From Thermoplasmatota archaeon (GTDB lineage Archaea; Thermoplasmatota; E2; DHVEG-1), in NCBI GenBank assembly GCA_029939595.1, contig JAOZSQ010000001.1, positions 261,722 to 325,721 on the forward strand: a stretch of DNA of 64,000 bases, written 5' to 3'. Position 1 is the first letter of the stretch; every line of letters begins with the position of its first letter. The position numbers and the translations under genes are program-made. A model generated the notes under the pieces. The model had not been told where the DNA came from. It saw only the letters and a list, made by a program, of their open reading frames with translations, and did not search any database. Shown here piece by piece: positions 19,601 through 29,073 of the stretch.

Positions 19601-20292
19601 AATTCAGTCAATTTTTAGAACATAAAAGGGTACTTACAACCTCTTTAGAACAGTTGTCAAAGTATATGGGTATGAATACGCTCATGGAAAGTGAGCAGGA
19701 TTTTAGGAAGGAATTTTTTCAATTATTAAATGAACGGGCAACCGATTTTACTTATTCTAAAGGAATGTTAGATAAACTTAGAGAAGCTGATTTGGAAGTT
19801 GGTTTGCAAATCACCAATTTAGCAAGTGGGAATTGGCCTTCGGATGATAGTCGGGTGTTTTATAGGTATGATGGAACCAATTATGAAGAATTGGAAAATA
19901 AAGAATTGGAGATTCGGGAGAACAAGACGGATAAAGCTTGGACTGCTGTTATTATGACAGCATTTTCCAGTATTGATGGAAGTTATATTGGACCGGTTAG
20001 GGATACTTATAATAAGATTAAAAAGTGGGGTGTCTCCAAGTTCCAGGCTGGTAAATTGGGTGGTACGGTAGCTAATATCGCTTTTAAAGAGTCTGTTGCG
20101 GAATCCGAAGATGGAGAAGGTTGGTGTGGATGGTCTCACAGGGCGAGAGTTTGTTTCAAAATAGGTGATAAGATTTTTGAAGAAGGTTTTGGTGATGACA
20201 AAACTTTATTTTCTCAACATGGAACTAAAACAATAAAAACTTTGGAAGATGCCAAATTGTCAGCATCCAAATTTGCTGAATATGTGAGTTGA
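19597..20292 (+). CDS. CTS-tagged cargo protein
   Basis: Internal Met with ATGA overlap (MKFSQFLEHK). No domain recognised. Confidence 0.55.
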   Translation: MKFSQFLEHKRVLTTSLEQLSKYMGMNTLMESEQDFRKEFFQLLNERATDFTYSKGMLDKLREADLEVGLQITNLASGNWPSDDSRVFYRYDGTNYEELENKELEIRENKTDKAWTAVIMTAFSSIDGSYIGPVRDTYNKIKKWGVSKFQAGKLGGTVANIAFKESVAESEDGEGWCGWSHRARVCFKIGDKIFEEGFGDDKTLFSQHGTKTIKTLEDAKLSASKFAEYVS

Positions 20293-20296
20293 GAAA

Positions 20297-20325
20297 TTGA
20301 CATAATTGAAATTTTGCAGTAATAT
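20297..20325 (+). promoter_or_regulatory. sigma70-like promoter (TTGACA-17-TAATAT)
   Basis: Good -35/-10 boxes with a 17-nt spacer in the 88-nt gap upstream of the 20380 gene. Confidence 0.4.
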
Positions 20326-20379
20326 AAAAGATTATGTGGGTAATTTTACCCAAAAATAATTGAAAATAAAGGAGAAAAA

Positions 20380-21195
20380 ATGGCTGCAAAATTAGCAAAA
20401 CAGAAACATGTGAAATATCAAATTCACGAGGGAAACTTTCCGTTGGCACCGGCGATGATGAAAAGGATTTTTGGAGGAACGGATGAAATAACTGCTTTTC
20501 ATCTTTGCAATCCTTCTAATCTTCGCAGATTGGTTGATTTGGATGAATCGGGTAATTCTGGTTCGGTATCGTGTTTTATAAACATGAAAAAAGCCAATTT
20601 CACTAAAGGAGTTTATGCGGGAGCCGGAGTTATTGCAAAGATAAAAGGTATTCCATTGGTTATGAGTGATGGTGATATTATATCAAGACCGGATACAAGT
20701 AAAATTAGATGGGTTCCTGTTGAGAAATTGTCTATTGATAAACCAGAATGGAAATTCGTAGCTAATGGAATGCGACAGGCAAAGGAGAATGTTCAAGAAA
20801 AATTACCGATTCCTATAAAGCACCCAACAACGGTGACAAATTATTGGGATTATTTTATTGGACCGCTTGATCATGGAAAACTGAAATATCAAATAATCAG
20901 AGGTTATTATGGTCAGGTTGAACGATTTGTTGTTAATAATAGAGATAAAATCAGGCAGTTATTGTTTGATTATGATCCTGATTGTACTCATGTTGAGAAT
21001 TGGGATGAGTTGGTAATAAACAATATAACGATAGAAGAAATATTTTTATTTGAGGATATTCTTCAAAGGGAAATAATAGAGCTTATAAAGGCGGAACCTA
21101 CAAGTTCTCGTTATAAGTTTCTAATAGGAAACATAGATAACGTATCAGATTGGATGAAAGAAACCAAAAATGAGGAGTCAACCACGCAAATTTAA
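20380..21195 (+). CDS. hypothetical protein (no CTS, own promoter and ribosome-binding site)
   Basis: AAGGAGAAAAAATG. No motif recognised. Confidence 0.55.
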   Translation: MAAKLAKQKHVKYQIHEGNFPLAPAMMKRIFGGTDEITAFHLCNPSNLRRLVDLDESGNSGSVSCFINMKKANFTKGVYAGAGVIAKIKGIPLVMSDGDIISRPDTSKIRWVPVEKLSIDKPEWKFVANGMRQAKENVQEKLPIPIKHPTTVTNYWDYFIGPLDHGKLKYQIIRGYYGQVERFVVNNRDKIRQLLFDYDPDCTHVENWDELVINNITIEEIFLFEDILQREIIELIKAEPTSSRYKFLIGNIDNVSDWMKETKNEESTTQI

Positions 21196-22192
21196 ATCTC
21201 ACCAACCAACACCAGGAGTCCCTGGTGTTCCCTCCTTTAAACAATTCCTTTTAGAACGATTAGAAACCTCTAAAAAAACCCTTTTAGAAGGCGTATCAGA
21301 TATATTATACCATTATACCCATTTGGGAAATTTGATGAACATATTGGAAGGGGATAGGTTTGTTTTATCTACCGATGTTGGAACGGGTGCGGATAGAGAT
21401 TTTAATAAGTCCAAAGGAAAATTTTATTATTTTTCAACTACTCGTCATAAGTTGGGAGGATATCATAAAGATCCTGGTGGCGAAAGTAGAGTAATGTTAG
21501 TATTAGATGGAAGATCATTAGGAAACAGGTTAAGTGGTGCGCCGGTTGATTATTGGGGTCCAGAATTTGCTAAATTGGATCGTACAAAACAAGAAGCCGA
21601 GGATAGACTTTGGAGTGAAAAACCTTACATTGAAAAGGCATCCAAGTATATTAAGGAAATCCATATAATGCAGTTTGAGGAATTTACCAAACAATATGAT
21701 TTGTTTTTGCCGAGGGATCAATGGAAAACAAAACAAAATGTATGGTCTCCTTTTATGGGCGATTTACAAAGATATAGAAAAGTATTGTTTATTACAAAGA
21801 AAAAGAATATTCCATGTTATATCTATAGGGATCATAAGAATTGGTTGTTGCAAAATAAAAGAAAATCAGTTCATTTGGATATTGCTTCATTAAAAAGTGA
21901 TCCGGTTTCGGGGTATTCTCGTGTTGGGCGTAATCATTTTGAAGAATATATTGAATTGTATCATAAGAAAAAAGAAAGAGATTTATCAAAGAAAGCTGAG
22001 AAATTATTATACGATTTAAAATACCATGATTATGGTAATGAACGAGCAAAAATGCTTAACAATGATATTCATAATAATAAAAGTAAACCAGAATCAGGTT
22101 TAAAAAGTTTATTGGATATAATGAAAAAGGAAAGGTTACGAACTCCCCAGGACTATATTGATATGTTAAAGGAGAGGTGGAAGATAACATGA
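21170..22192 (+). CDS. cargo-family protein with internal CTS-like motif and YHYT motif
   Basis: N-terminus MRSQPRKFKSHQPTPGVPGVPSFKQFLLERLE: the CTS-like decapeptide lies 20 aa inside the protein. Also DILYHYTHLGNLMNILEGDRF. Confidence 0.55.
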   Translation: MRSQPRKFKSHQPTPGVPGVPSFKQFLLERLETSKKTLLEGVSDILYHYTHLGNLMNILEGDRFVLSTDVGTGADRDFNKSKGKFYYFSTTRHKLGGYHKDPGGESRVMLVLDGRSLGNRLSGAPVDYWGPEFAKLDRTKQEAEDRLWSEKPYIEKASKYIKEIHIMQFEEFTKQYDLFLPRDQWKTKQNVWSPFMGDLQRYRKVLFITKKKNIPCYIYRDHKNWLLQNKRKSVHLDIASLKSDPVSGYSRVGRNHFEEYIELYHKKKERDLSKKAEKLLYDLKYHDYGNERAKMLNNDIHNNKSKPESGLKSLLDIMKKERLRTPQDYIDMLKERWKIT

Positions 22193-22293
22193 GATTTAAG
22201 AATTATTTAATAGAAAAAGCCAACCATAGATTGGGTTTGGCCAAAGAGTTAAATCTAAAAACAGTTCCAGTGAGGTTTTATTATTCATCATGA
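22189..22293 (+). CDS. 34-aa CTS-only mini-ORF (cargo cassette remnant?)
   Basis: Below the track cutoff: MRFKNYLIEKANHRLGLAKELNLKTVPVRFYYSS. ATGA-coupled to both neighbouring genes. Confidence 0.35.
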   Translation: MRFKNYLIEKANHRLGLAKELNLKTVPVRFYYSS

Positions 22294-22658
22294 AACCATT
22301 TAAACAGTTTTTGAGAGAAGGTAGAGATCCTAGACAGTTTTCTAAATATTTAGAAAACAAATATCCTGGTGTGGTTGTTGAGTTGTATTATGGCAACCAC
22401 GAAGATATTTTACAGTTGTCAAGTATTGTCGTTCCCAAAGAAGAACGCAAGACAGGAATCGGTTCTCAAGTAATGGAAGAATTGGTTGGTTATGCGGATA
22501 AGATGAATATGACACTTACTTTGACACCTTCCAGGGATTTTGGAGCTACCAGTGTTGAGCGTTTGAAAAAGTTTTATAGTCGGTTCGGGTTTGTGAGAAA
22601 CAAAGGCCGCAAGAAAGATTATCGTATATTTGATGTGATGTATAGGAGACCACAATGA
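22290..22658 (+). CDS. CTS-tagged GNAT-like acetyltransferase
   Basis: MKPFKQFLREG, and IGSQVMEEL...KFYSRFGF resembling the GNAT acetyl-CoA-binding motif. Confidence 0.45.
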   Translation: MKPFKQFLREGRDPRQFSKYLENKYPGVVVELYYGNHEDILQLSSIVVPKEERKTGIGSQVMEELVGYADKMNMTLTLTPSRDFGATSVERLKKFYSRFGFVRNKGRKKDYRIFDVMYRRPQ

Positions 22659-23113
22659 TTAGTTTTATTAGATTCTTAAAGGAGAAATATTTAGATACAT
22701 TGGTATATAGAAAATTTGGTGGTGAGAGTGCGGTTGATGTATTTTTAAATCCATCAAAACACGAGATAGGCAAAATTGCAAGGGAAAACCGATATGGAGA
22801 ACTTCGTTGGATAGCTGATTTAGAAAAAGAAAATATTTATTTTTGGGATGCTAATCATTTACATGATGATGTTTATAATTTATTGGATGGTTCGGGTGTA
22901 CATTTATCAGATATAGAAAAGGCTTATAATGGAAAAGTGTTGACAGGTATATTATCCATGCCAGGATTTAAAGTGAAACAAAGTAGTCTTACTCATTTTA
23001 CATTAGGTCAGCTTAATAAATTCAAAAATAGTGATGTGAATTTGAGTTGGTTGGAAAGATATATGAATTATGATGATTTGATGCAAGGATATGAACGTGG
23101 AGGGAGGATATGA
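22655..23113 (+). CDS. CTS-tagged cargo protein ('WDAN.LHD' family)
   Basis: MISFIRFLKEK. Shares NIYFWDANHLHDDV with the 27095 gene. Confidence 0.6.
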   Translation: MISFIRFLKEKYLDTLVYRKFGGESAVDVFLNPSKHEIGKIARENRYGELRWIADLEKENIYFWDANHLHDDVYNLLDGSGVHLSDIEKAYNGKVLTGILSMPGFKVKQSSLTHFTLGQLNKFKNSDVNLSWLERYMNYDDLMQGYERGGRI

Positions 23114-23922
23114 TTAGTTTTATTCAATTTTTATTAGAAAAAGCAAAAACGCCACCAAAATATGTAACCATGTCGGCTAAAACTTGGAAAGACCAAGATC
23201 CAATCGGTTGGTGGATGTCAATTAAATATGACGGTGTTCGGGCATATTGGGATGGTGAATATTTTTATAGTAGGGCTGGAAATATTTGGGCTGCTCCTGG
23301 TTGGTTAAAGGATAGTATGCCAAAAAATCATCTTGATGGGGAATTCTTTTGTGGCAGAGATAAATTTCATGAATGTAGTGGTATTGCAAGAAAAAAACAG
23401 CCACATGAAGGATGGAGAAAAATTAAATATTATGTGTTTGATTTGCCTGATTCAAACGAACCGTTTGAGACTAGAATGAAGAAATTAGAACAGTTGACAA
23501 AAGGTAACAAAAATATAGTGTTTGTTAAACAAACCAAGATTAAGGATTCCGATCATTTACAAACAGCATTGAAAAAAGAATTGGCTTTAAAAGGTGAAGG
23601 AATGATGTTGCGTAAACCTGGATCAAAATATGAAAGGAAGCGATCAAGTTCATTGTTGAAGATTAAAGAATTTTTTGATGCGGAAGCAGAGATTGTGGGT
23701 TATACCGAAGGAAAGGATAAGTATGAAGGAATGGTGGGGGCTTTTAAAGTAAAAGATGTAAAAAATGGAGCATTGTTTAATTTATCGGGGTTTTCTGATG
23801 CAATGAGAAAGAAACCCCCGAAGATTGGTACAATAGTAACTTACAAATACCAAGGATATCATGCTAGTGGTAAACCAAGGATTCCAGTATTTTTAAGAAT
23901 AAGGAGTGATGCGGGATTATGA
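23110..23922 (+). CDS. CTS-tagged ATP-dependent DNA/RNA ligase (minimal nucleotidyltransferase)
   Basis: MISFIQFLLEK. Motif I KYDGVR, motif III LDGEF, motif IV EGMMLRK, motif V LLKIK. 270 aa. Confidence 0.75.
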   Translation: MISFIQFLLEKAKTPPKYVTMSAKTWKDQDPIGWWMSIKYDGVRAYWDGEYFYSRAGNIWAAPGWLKDSMPKNHLDGEFFCGRDKFHECSGIARKKQPHEGWRKIKYYVFDLPDSNEPFETRMKKLEQLTKGNKNIVFVKQTKIKDSDHLQTALKKELALKGEGMMLRKPGSKYERKRSSSLLKIKEFFDAEAEIVGYTEGKDKYEGMVGAFKVKDVKNGALFNLSGFSDAMRKKPPKIGTIVTYKYQGYHASGKPRIPVFLRIRSDAGL

Positions 23923-24665
23923 TTAGTTTCAAAGGATTTCTAAATGAAGTGAAAGTAAATTTAAAGAGGTTAACCTTAAATAAAGCACCTTGGAAATATT
24001 TAATACATTTTGCTAGAGATGGAAAGAAAGAAAATAGAGATAAACTTTTAGAAGTTGGACCAAAAAAGTTCAAGCTTCGTGGAAAATTGGGAATATATAC
24101 AACACCAAACTATAAACCAATGGTTAACCTTGATAAAGATGTACATATAAAAATTACTACTAAAGATAATATAAAAATTTTGGATACTGGTGGCAGGAAA
24201 GCAACGGAGCTATGGTCAGGTATTGGAAAAAAAGAATATGGTATTTTGTTTGCTGATATTCTTAAAAAAATGGGGATTGATATTTCCGAACCAAAAAAGG
24301 ATTTTGATTATGATTGGTTAAAAAGTAATTTTAAAGAAGTGACTAAATTTAACCACACTAAATTTATTGTATTATTCAAACAATATTTAAAAAGGAACAA
24401 ATATGATGTGCTTATAAATGGAGGAGAGATTATTATAATAAATGTTAATTGTATTGAGAGTTGGGAACCTTACGTTATTAGTGATTTTGACAAAAATGAG
24501 CAAGAAATGGAAAAATTAGAGAGTAAATTAAAAAATGTGATATTGGGAATTATTGAAGATCCTGATGAAAAAAAAGAGTTGGAAATTAAAAATCAGCTAT
24601 TGAAAATGGGATGGGATCAAAAAGCTTTTGAAACCAGATTTTTTATGGAATGGGGTTTTATATGA
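23919..24665 (+). CDS. CTS-tagged cargo protein
   Basis: MISFKGFLNEV. The first 30 nt are identical to the start of the 24662 gene. Confidence 0.6.
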   Translation: MISFKGFLNEVKVNLKRLTLNKAPWKYLIHFARDGKKENRDKLLEVGPKKFKLRGKLGIYTTPNYKPMVNLDKDVHIKITTKDNIKILDTGGRKATELWSGIGKKEYGILFADILKKMGIDISEPKKDFDYDWLKSNFKEVTKFNHTKFIVLFKQYLKRNKYDVLINGGEIIIINVNCIESWEPYVISDFDKNEQEMEKLESKLKNVILGIIEDPDEKKELEIKNQLLKMGWDQKAFETRFFMEWGFI

Positions 24666-25747
24666 TTAGTTTCAAAGGATTTCTAAATGAAAGATTGAGT
24701 AAGTATAGGAAGAAGCTTACACGAGAAGAGTATAAGTTTTGTGAAGACTTCAGGAAGATATCTGATGTGTCTGCTGAGTGGGTTGCTATGCAGATTGATG
24801 ATGTAAAAAAGAATAGCCCTGATTTTACTTTAAAAGATATACCTAAAAACAGAAGAGAAGCTTTACCTGTAATGTTGAAATCTTATTTATATGCCTGGAA
24901 TGCCGGTTGGTTAATAAGGAAACAAGCGAATTTGCTTAATTTAAGTTGGCAGGAATTATCCGATCTGGCTGATGATATTAAAAGTGGAACCTTTACACCA
25001 AAAGGATTTAAGGCTGAAAGAGGAGTAAAAGAAGTTTATAATGATAAAAAAGGAGTTCAGGTTTTTTATATTGACACCAGAGAAGGCGCACAGAATATGA
25101 AGAAGAATGCTCCTTGGTGTATTACTTATGATTCAGAAGATGAGGATCATTGGGGTTCATATGTTACTGGTCAAACTTCTTTTTCAGGGCAAATGACATG
25201 TTTTTATTTTGTGCATGTTGCTTCTTTGTCTAAGAAGGATGTACTTCATTATATTGCTGTCCAGGTAGATGAAGATGATGATTATGTTGGATGGGATTTT
25301 AAGAATAAAGAAATGCATGGAAGAGAGGTTGATAAACATCTTGATACATGGGGTATCCCAAAAGACGTTTTTAAATTTGAATTACCTTCTGATGATCAAT
25401 ATCATGAACCATATGCCAAATATCAATGGTTAGCTGCAATAGAAGTTCATGAAAGGAAACCCGAAGGTCTTCCTGCTAATTGGGACAAGTATATGTTCAC
25501 TTTTGATAAATTTAAAGGTGGTTGGGAAGGTTTTTTAAAGGCAACTGCTCAAGGTAAATTTGATTATGTACTAGATTGTTGGGATATAATAAAGCAGGAA
25601 GCGATGTCTGATATAGACGGTTCGGAACCAATGAGTGAAGAAGATATGAATGGTTTATATACGGAGGTAATCGGTGATGGCGAGTATCTTCTTGGAATAT
25701 CAATGAGATCCAAAAGTGTAACGCTTTATTGGGAGAATGAATATTAA
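24662..25747 (+). CDS. CTS-tagged cargo protein with 'WCIT' domain
   Basis: Internal Met (MISFKGFLNER). NAPWCITYDSEDEDHW...CFYFVHV is related to the GSGTKWCIT proteins. Confidence 0.6.
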   Translation: MISFKGFLNERLSKYRKKLTREEYKFCEDFRKISDVSAEWVAMQIDDVKKNSPDFTLKDIPKNRREALPVMLKSYLYAWNAGWLIRKQANLLNLSWQELSDLADDIKSGTFTPKGFKAERGVKEVYNDKKGVQVFYIDTREGAQNMKKNAPWCITYDSEDEDHWGSYVTGQTSFSGQMTCFYFVHVASLSKKDVLHYIAVQVDEDDDYVGWDFKNKEMHGREVDKHLDTWGIPKDVFKFELPSDDQYHEPYAKYQWLAAIEVHERKPEGLPANWDKYMFTFDKFKGGWEGFLKATAQGKFDYVLDCWDIIKQEAMSDIDGSEPMSEEDMNGLYTEVIGDGEYLLGISMRSKSVTLYWENEY

Positions 25748-26262
25748 TGTTAGAGATAAAAAAAGATAATATATTAAAAAATGGTGTGTCGTTATTCTCA
25801 CCAGCAATGCCAATAGGGACTATGTTATCTTGGCATAAAACATTAGTTGGATTTGCTGTTTTGGGTGAAGAATGGTGGGAATGTAATGGACAAATTGTAG
25901 TTGATCCTTCAAGTCCATTGAATGGTAAGCAGTTACCCGATTTGAACCATGCTAGAAGATTTTTAAGGGGTGGTACAGAAAGTGGTATAGAAGAAGAGGA
26001 TTCGTTTAAAAAACATAAACATACTGGAACTACTGGAGGTCAATCAGTTAATCATATACATACTTATACTGGTTCATGGAAGGATCATTGTACAGGTTAT
26101 GGACCTGTTTCAAAATTGATGCAATACGTTTCGGGAACAACTCCATCCACAAGTACAAATACAAAAGGACATACACATACATATAATACAAGTGAAATTG
26201 GAGATAATTTGGAAACAAAACCAAAAAATATGAGTGTAGTTTGGATTATAAAGGTAAGATGA
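25747..26262 (+). CDS. phage tail-collar fibre domain protein with HxH motifs
   Basis: PIGTMLSWHK...WWECNGQ...LPDLNHARRFLRGG matches the tail-collar (MdpB-like) domain. HIHTY and HTHTY sit in the C-terminal part. No CTS. Confidence 0.55.
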   Translation: MLEIKKDNILKNGVSLFSPAMPIGTMLSWHKTLVGFAVLGEEWWECNGQIVVDPSSPLNGKQLPDLNHARRFLRGGTESGIEEEDSFKKHKHTGTTGGQSVNHIHTYTGSWKDHCTGYGPVSKLMQYVSGTTPSTSTNTKGHTHTYNTSEIGDNLETKPKNMSVVWIIKVR

Positions 26263-26747
26263 AATCATTTAAAAAACATTTACAAGAGAAAATCGGACCA
26301 CAAGAAACCGAGTATAAGATAGTATCCGGCAGCGGTGGAAGTCTATATTCTTTCAGTCATGAAGATGTTGACTATGGTGTGGGTTTTCAGGGTGTTAGTG
26401 ATTCCGAGGTTATATTTGGATTCCATCCGTTGACAAATGTTAACGATCCTTTCAATGCCAGAAAGATAGAAGATAACAAGGTCAAGGATATTCGGAGTTT
26501 CTTTGGGAAAGTGATTTATATTATATTTGAGTTTGTGAAAAAGAATCCGAATGTAAAATCCTTTATTGTAATGACAGATGAAGTAAAGAAGAATCGCTTG
26601 TATATACGCTTTGCGAAGGCTTTTAAAATAAAATATGAGATGGGAATGGATCAATTAAGTGACAACACCAAAGCAATGTGTGAAATGGTAGCCAAGTATA
26701 ATGGTCGGAGTTTAAGTGACTTTGATTGTTTGGTGCTATACAGATGA
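26259..26747 (+). CDS. CTS-like-tagged hypothetical protein
   Basis: Internal Met (MKSFKKHLQEK). Confidence 0.5.
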   Translation: MKSFKKHLQEKIGPQETEYKIVSGSGGSLYSFSHEDVDYGVGFQGVSDSEVIFGFHPLTNVNDPFNARKIEDNKVKDIRSFFGKVIYIIFEFVKKNPNVKSFIVMTDEVKKNRLYIRFAKAFKIKYEMGMDQLSDNTKAMCEMVAKYNGRSLSDFDCLVLYR

Positions 26748-26992
26748 AAAATATTTTGGTTTTATTTGTTTTATTTTTGATTGCATGTTCAACAACCAGG
26801 ACAATGACTGTGAAAGAATATTTACAAGAAACGAAGGTTGTACGAATAGGAACCAAATTTGCTTGTAAAGGTGGTCGTTTGTTTATTCAGAATACTCCTG
26901 GTGGGAGTTTGGCTCTTGTGATATATGACGAATTATATCCAGAAAAATATTCAATTTGTAAAAAATATTTTAGGAAGAAAGATGATGGATAA
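26744..26992 (+). CDS. small putative lipoprotein
   Basis: MKNILVLFVLFLIACSTT: a signal peptide ending in a lipobox-like LIAC. Confidence 0.4.
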   Translation: MKNILVLFVLFLIACSTTRTMTVKEYLQETKVVRIGTKFACKGGRLFIQNTPGGSLALVIYDELYPEKYSICKKYFRKKDDG

Positions 26993-27092
26993 AAATACAC
27001 AAGATGATATCAATTTGATAACTAGTCTATCTTTTGTGGCTATATTAGCGACAGTTATGGGCACTGGATTATTTATTTTTTTTGGGATTTAG
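26982..27092 (+). CDS. 36-aa single-TM mini-protein
   Basis: MMDKNTQDDINLITSLSFVAILATVMGTGLFIFFGI. Below the track cutoff and ATGA-coupled. Confidence 0.3.
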   Translation: MMDKNTQDDINLITSLSFVAILATVMGTGLFIFFGI

Positions 27093-27094
27093 AT

Positions 27095-27661
27095 ATGATT
27101 AGTTTCAAACAACATTTGGAAGAGTCAAAAACCAAGATTTTATATCATGGTACAACTTCTAAAATATTAAAATCAATAAAAAAGAATGGGTTCAACTCAC
27201 CTGTTTATTTGTGTCCTGATAAGAAAGATTTCAAACAATATTTTACAGAAAAATATGAGGATAGTTTCAATACTGCGGATGGGTTTGTTGAAATTTTTAT
27301 GAATCCGTCTAAGAAAGAATTGATGGAAATTGTAAAATTGAATGGTTTTGATTCTATTCGTTATGCAATCAATTTGGATAAGAAAAAGATATTTGTTTGG
27401 GATGCTAATATTTTACATGATAAAGTAGTTCCAAAGTTAAGATCGGTTTTGGGTACAAAATTGGTGCATGTTGCTTCTGGTATAATCTTTTATGAAAAAA
27501 ACAGTTTTTTAATGAGCAATTTCAGATTTCAAACTAAAATGGATGCCGAAGAATTTTTTCTTGGTTATTATGATAAGAAGATTGGTTGGTTAGATTCCAC
27601 TTTTGACTTGCAAGGAGTTAAGGCAGAATTTAAAACATGGAGAAAGAGGTTGAAGTTATGA
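27095..27661 (+). CDS. CTS-tagged cargo protein with HGT motif ('WDAN.LHD' family)
   Basis: MISFKQHLEESKTKILYHGTTSKILKSIKKNGF; KIFVWDANILHDKV. Confidence 0.6.
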   Translation: MISFKQHLEESKTKILYHGTTSKILKSIKKNGFNSPVYLCPDKKDFKQYFTEKYEDSFNTADGFVEIFMNPSKKELMEIVKLNGFDSIRYAINLDKKKIFVWDANILHDKVVPKLRSVLGTKLVHVASGIIFYEKNSFLMSNFRFQTKMDAEEFFLGYYDKKIGWLDSTFDLQGVKAEFKTWRKRLKL

Positions 27662-29073
27662 TTAGTTTCAAACAATATTTAATTGAGGAAAAAATGAAAG
27701 ATTGGAATCAGTATGTCAATTCTATACCTTCATTAAAGAAGGCTATAGAAGTTATGAAAATACTTGAGCCTTATGGAAGGATTTATATTGTGGGTGGTGC
27801 GGTTCGTGATTTAATCACTGGTGAAAAGGTGCCGGATGATATTGACTTGGCTTGTAATATTCCAATGGAAAAGATTGAATCTCTCTTCAAAACCCACGAT
27901 ATCGGAAAAAATAAGGATTTTGGTATTATAGTGATTGTTTATAAAGGCGAAGACATGGAAATAGCCCAATTCCGATCTGATGGAACCTACTCGGATGGAA
28001 GAAGACCGGATTCCATTAAAATTGAAATGTCATTTGAACAGGATGCCGAGAGAAGGGATTTCACAATAAACTCAATGGCAGTGGATGCCGATGGTAATAT
28101 CATTGATTATTTTGATGGAAAGAAGGATGTCAAAAACAAAGTAATCCGAACCGTTGGAGACCCAAATAAACGCTTCTCAGAGGATTACTTGAGAATGCTT
28201 AGAGCAGTACGTTTTTCGTCCAGAATGGGATTTGAGATGGCTCCAGAGACCTTAGAAGCGGTTAAAATTAATGCCGGTTACATAAAGGGTATTGCTGTTG
28301 AGAGAGTTGTTAAAGAACTTATGAAAATGGCCGACCAATCTGGTGACAAATTTGCAGATGCAATCCTTAAACTAAAGGAATCGGGATTGTTAAAATATAT
28401 TCTTCCTGAAGTGTTGAAGATGGACGAGTTTGAGCATCATGCAGAATACCATCCAGAAGGGAATGTATGGGAACATACGCTGGCTGCGTTACGAGTCAAT
28501 AAAATAACAGATCCCATACACAATTTGGCTATTCTCCTCCATGATATAGGAAAGATAGTAACCTACAAAAAGGAAGGTGATAAGATAACATATTTGCAAC
28601 ATGCGAAGAAAGGTATTGATCTTATTGATATGATTGCAGACCGATTGAAGTTGGATACCAAAACAAGGCAAACTTTGAAATTTGCTTGTGAGCATCATAT
28701 GAAGATGCATGATTTTGTTAAAATGTCTCCATCTAAGATCATGAAATTGGTTAATGATGATAATTGGGGTGTACTTCATAATGTTTCTCATTGTGATGAT
28801 AAATGTCGGCTTCAGTTGTACGATAAAAAGCATTGGGATGCCATAACTGATAAAATTGAGAAATTATCTGATAAATATAAAAAAGAGTCTGGAAAAGATC
28901 CGTTGAAAAAGATTGTTAATGGGCAGTTAGTTATGAAAACTAGAGGGATCAAGCCAGGAAAAGAGGTTGGTGTGGTTATTAATGCGACAATGGATTGGAT
29001 AATTAATAATGGTGTGAAATTAGATGATACTAAGAAGATCACCGATTTTGTTAAGAATTATAAAATAGCATGA
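27658..29073 (+). CDS. CTS-tagged CCA-adding / poly(A)-polymerase-family nucleotidyltransferase with HD domain
   Basis: Internal Met (MISFKQYLIEE). GGAVRD...DIDL head motifs, RRDFTINSMA, and a C-terminal HD region (LLHDIGK). Confidence 0.8.
   Translation: MISFKQYLIEEKMKDWNQYVNSIPSLKKAIEVMKILEPYGRIYIVGGAVRDLITGEKVPDDIDLACNIPMEKIESLFKTHDIGKNKDFGIIVIVYKGEDMEIAQFRSDGTYSDGRRPDSIKIEMSFEQDAERRDFTINSMAVDADGNIIDYFDGKKDVKNKVIRTVGDPNKRFSEDYLRMLRAVRFSSRMGFEMAPETLEAVKINAGYIKGIAVERVVKELMKMADQSGDKFADAILKLKESGLLKYILPEVLKMDEFEHHAEYHPEGNVWEHTLAALRVNKITDPIHNLAILLHDIGKIVTYKKEGDKITYLQHAKKGIDLIDMIADRLKLDTKTRQTLKFACEHHMKMHDFVKMSPSKIMKLVNDDNWGVLHNVSHCDDKCRLQLYDKKHWDAITDKIEKLSDKYKKESGKDPLKKIVNGQLVMKTRGIKPGKEVGVVINATMDWIINNGVKLDDTKKITDFVKNYKIA

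Noticed and set aside
20292-20379. Hairpin TGGGTAATTTTACCCA in the intergenic region, considered as a terminator
   Set aside because: It is followed by an A-run and not a U-run on the plus strand. More likely it is part of the promoter region for the 20380 gene.
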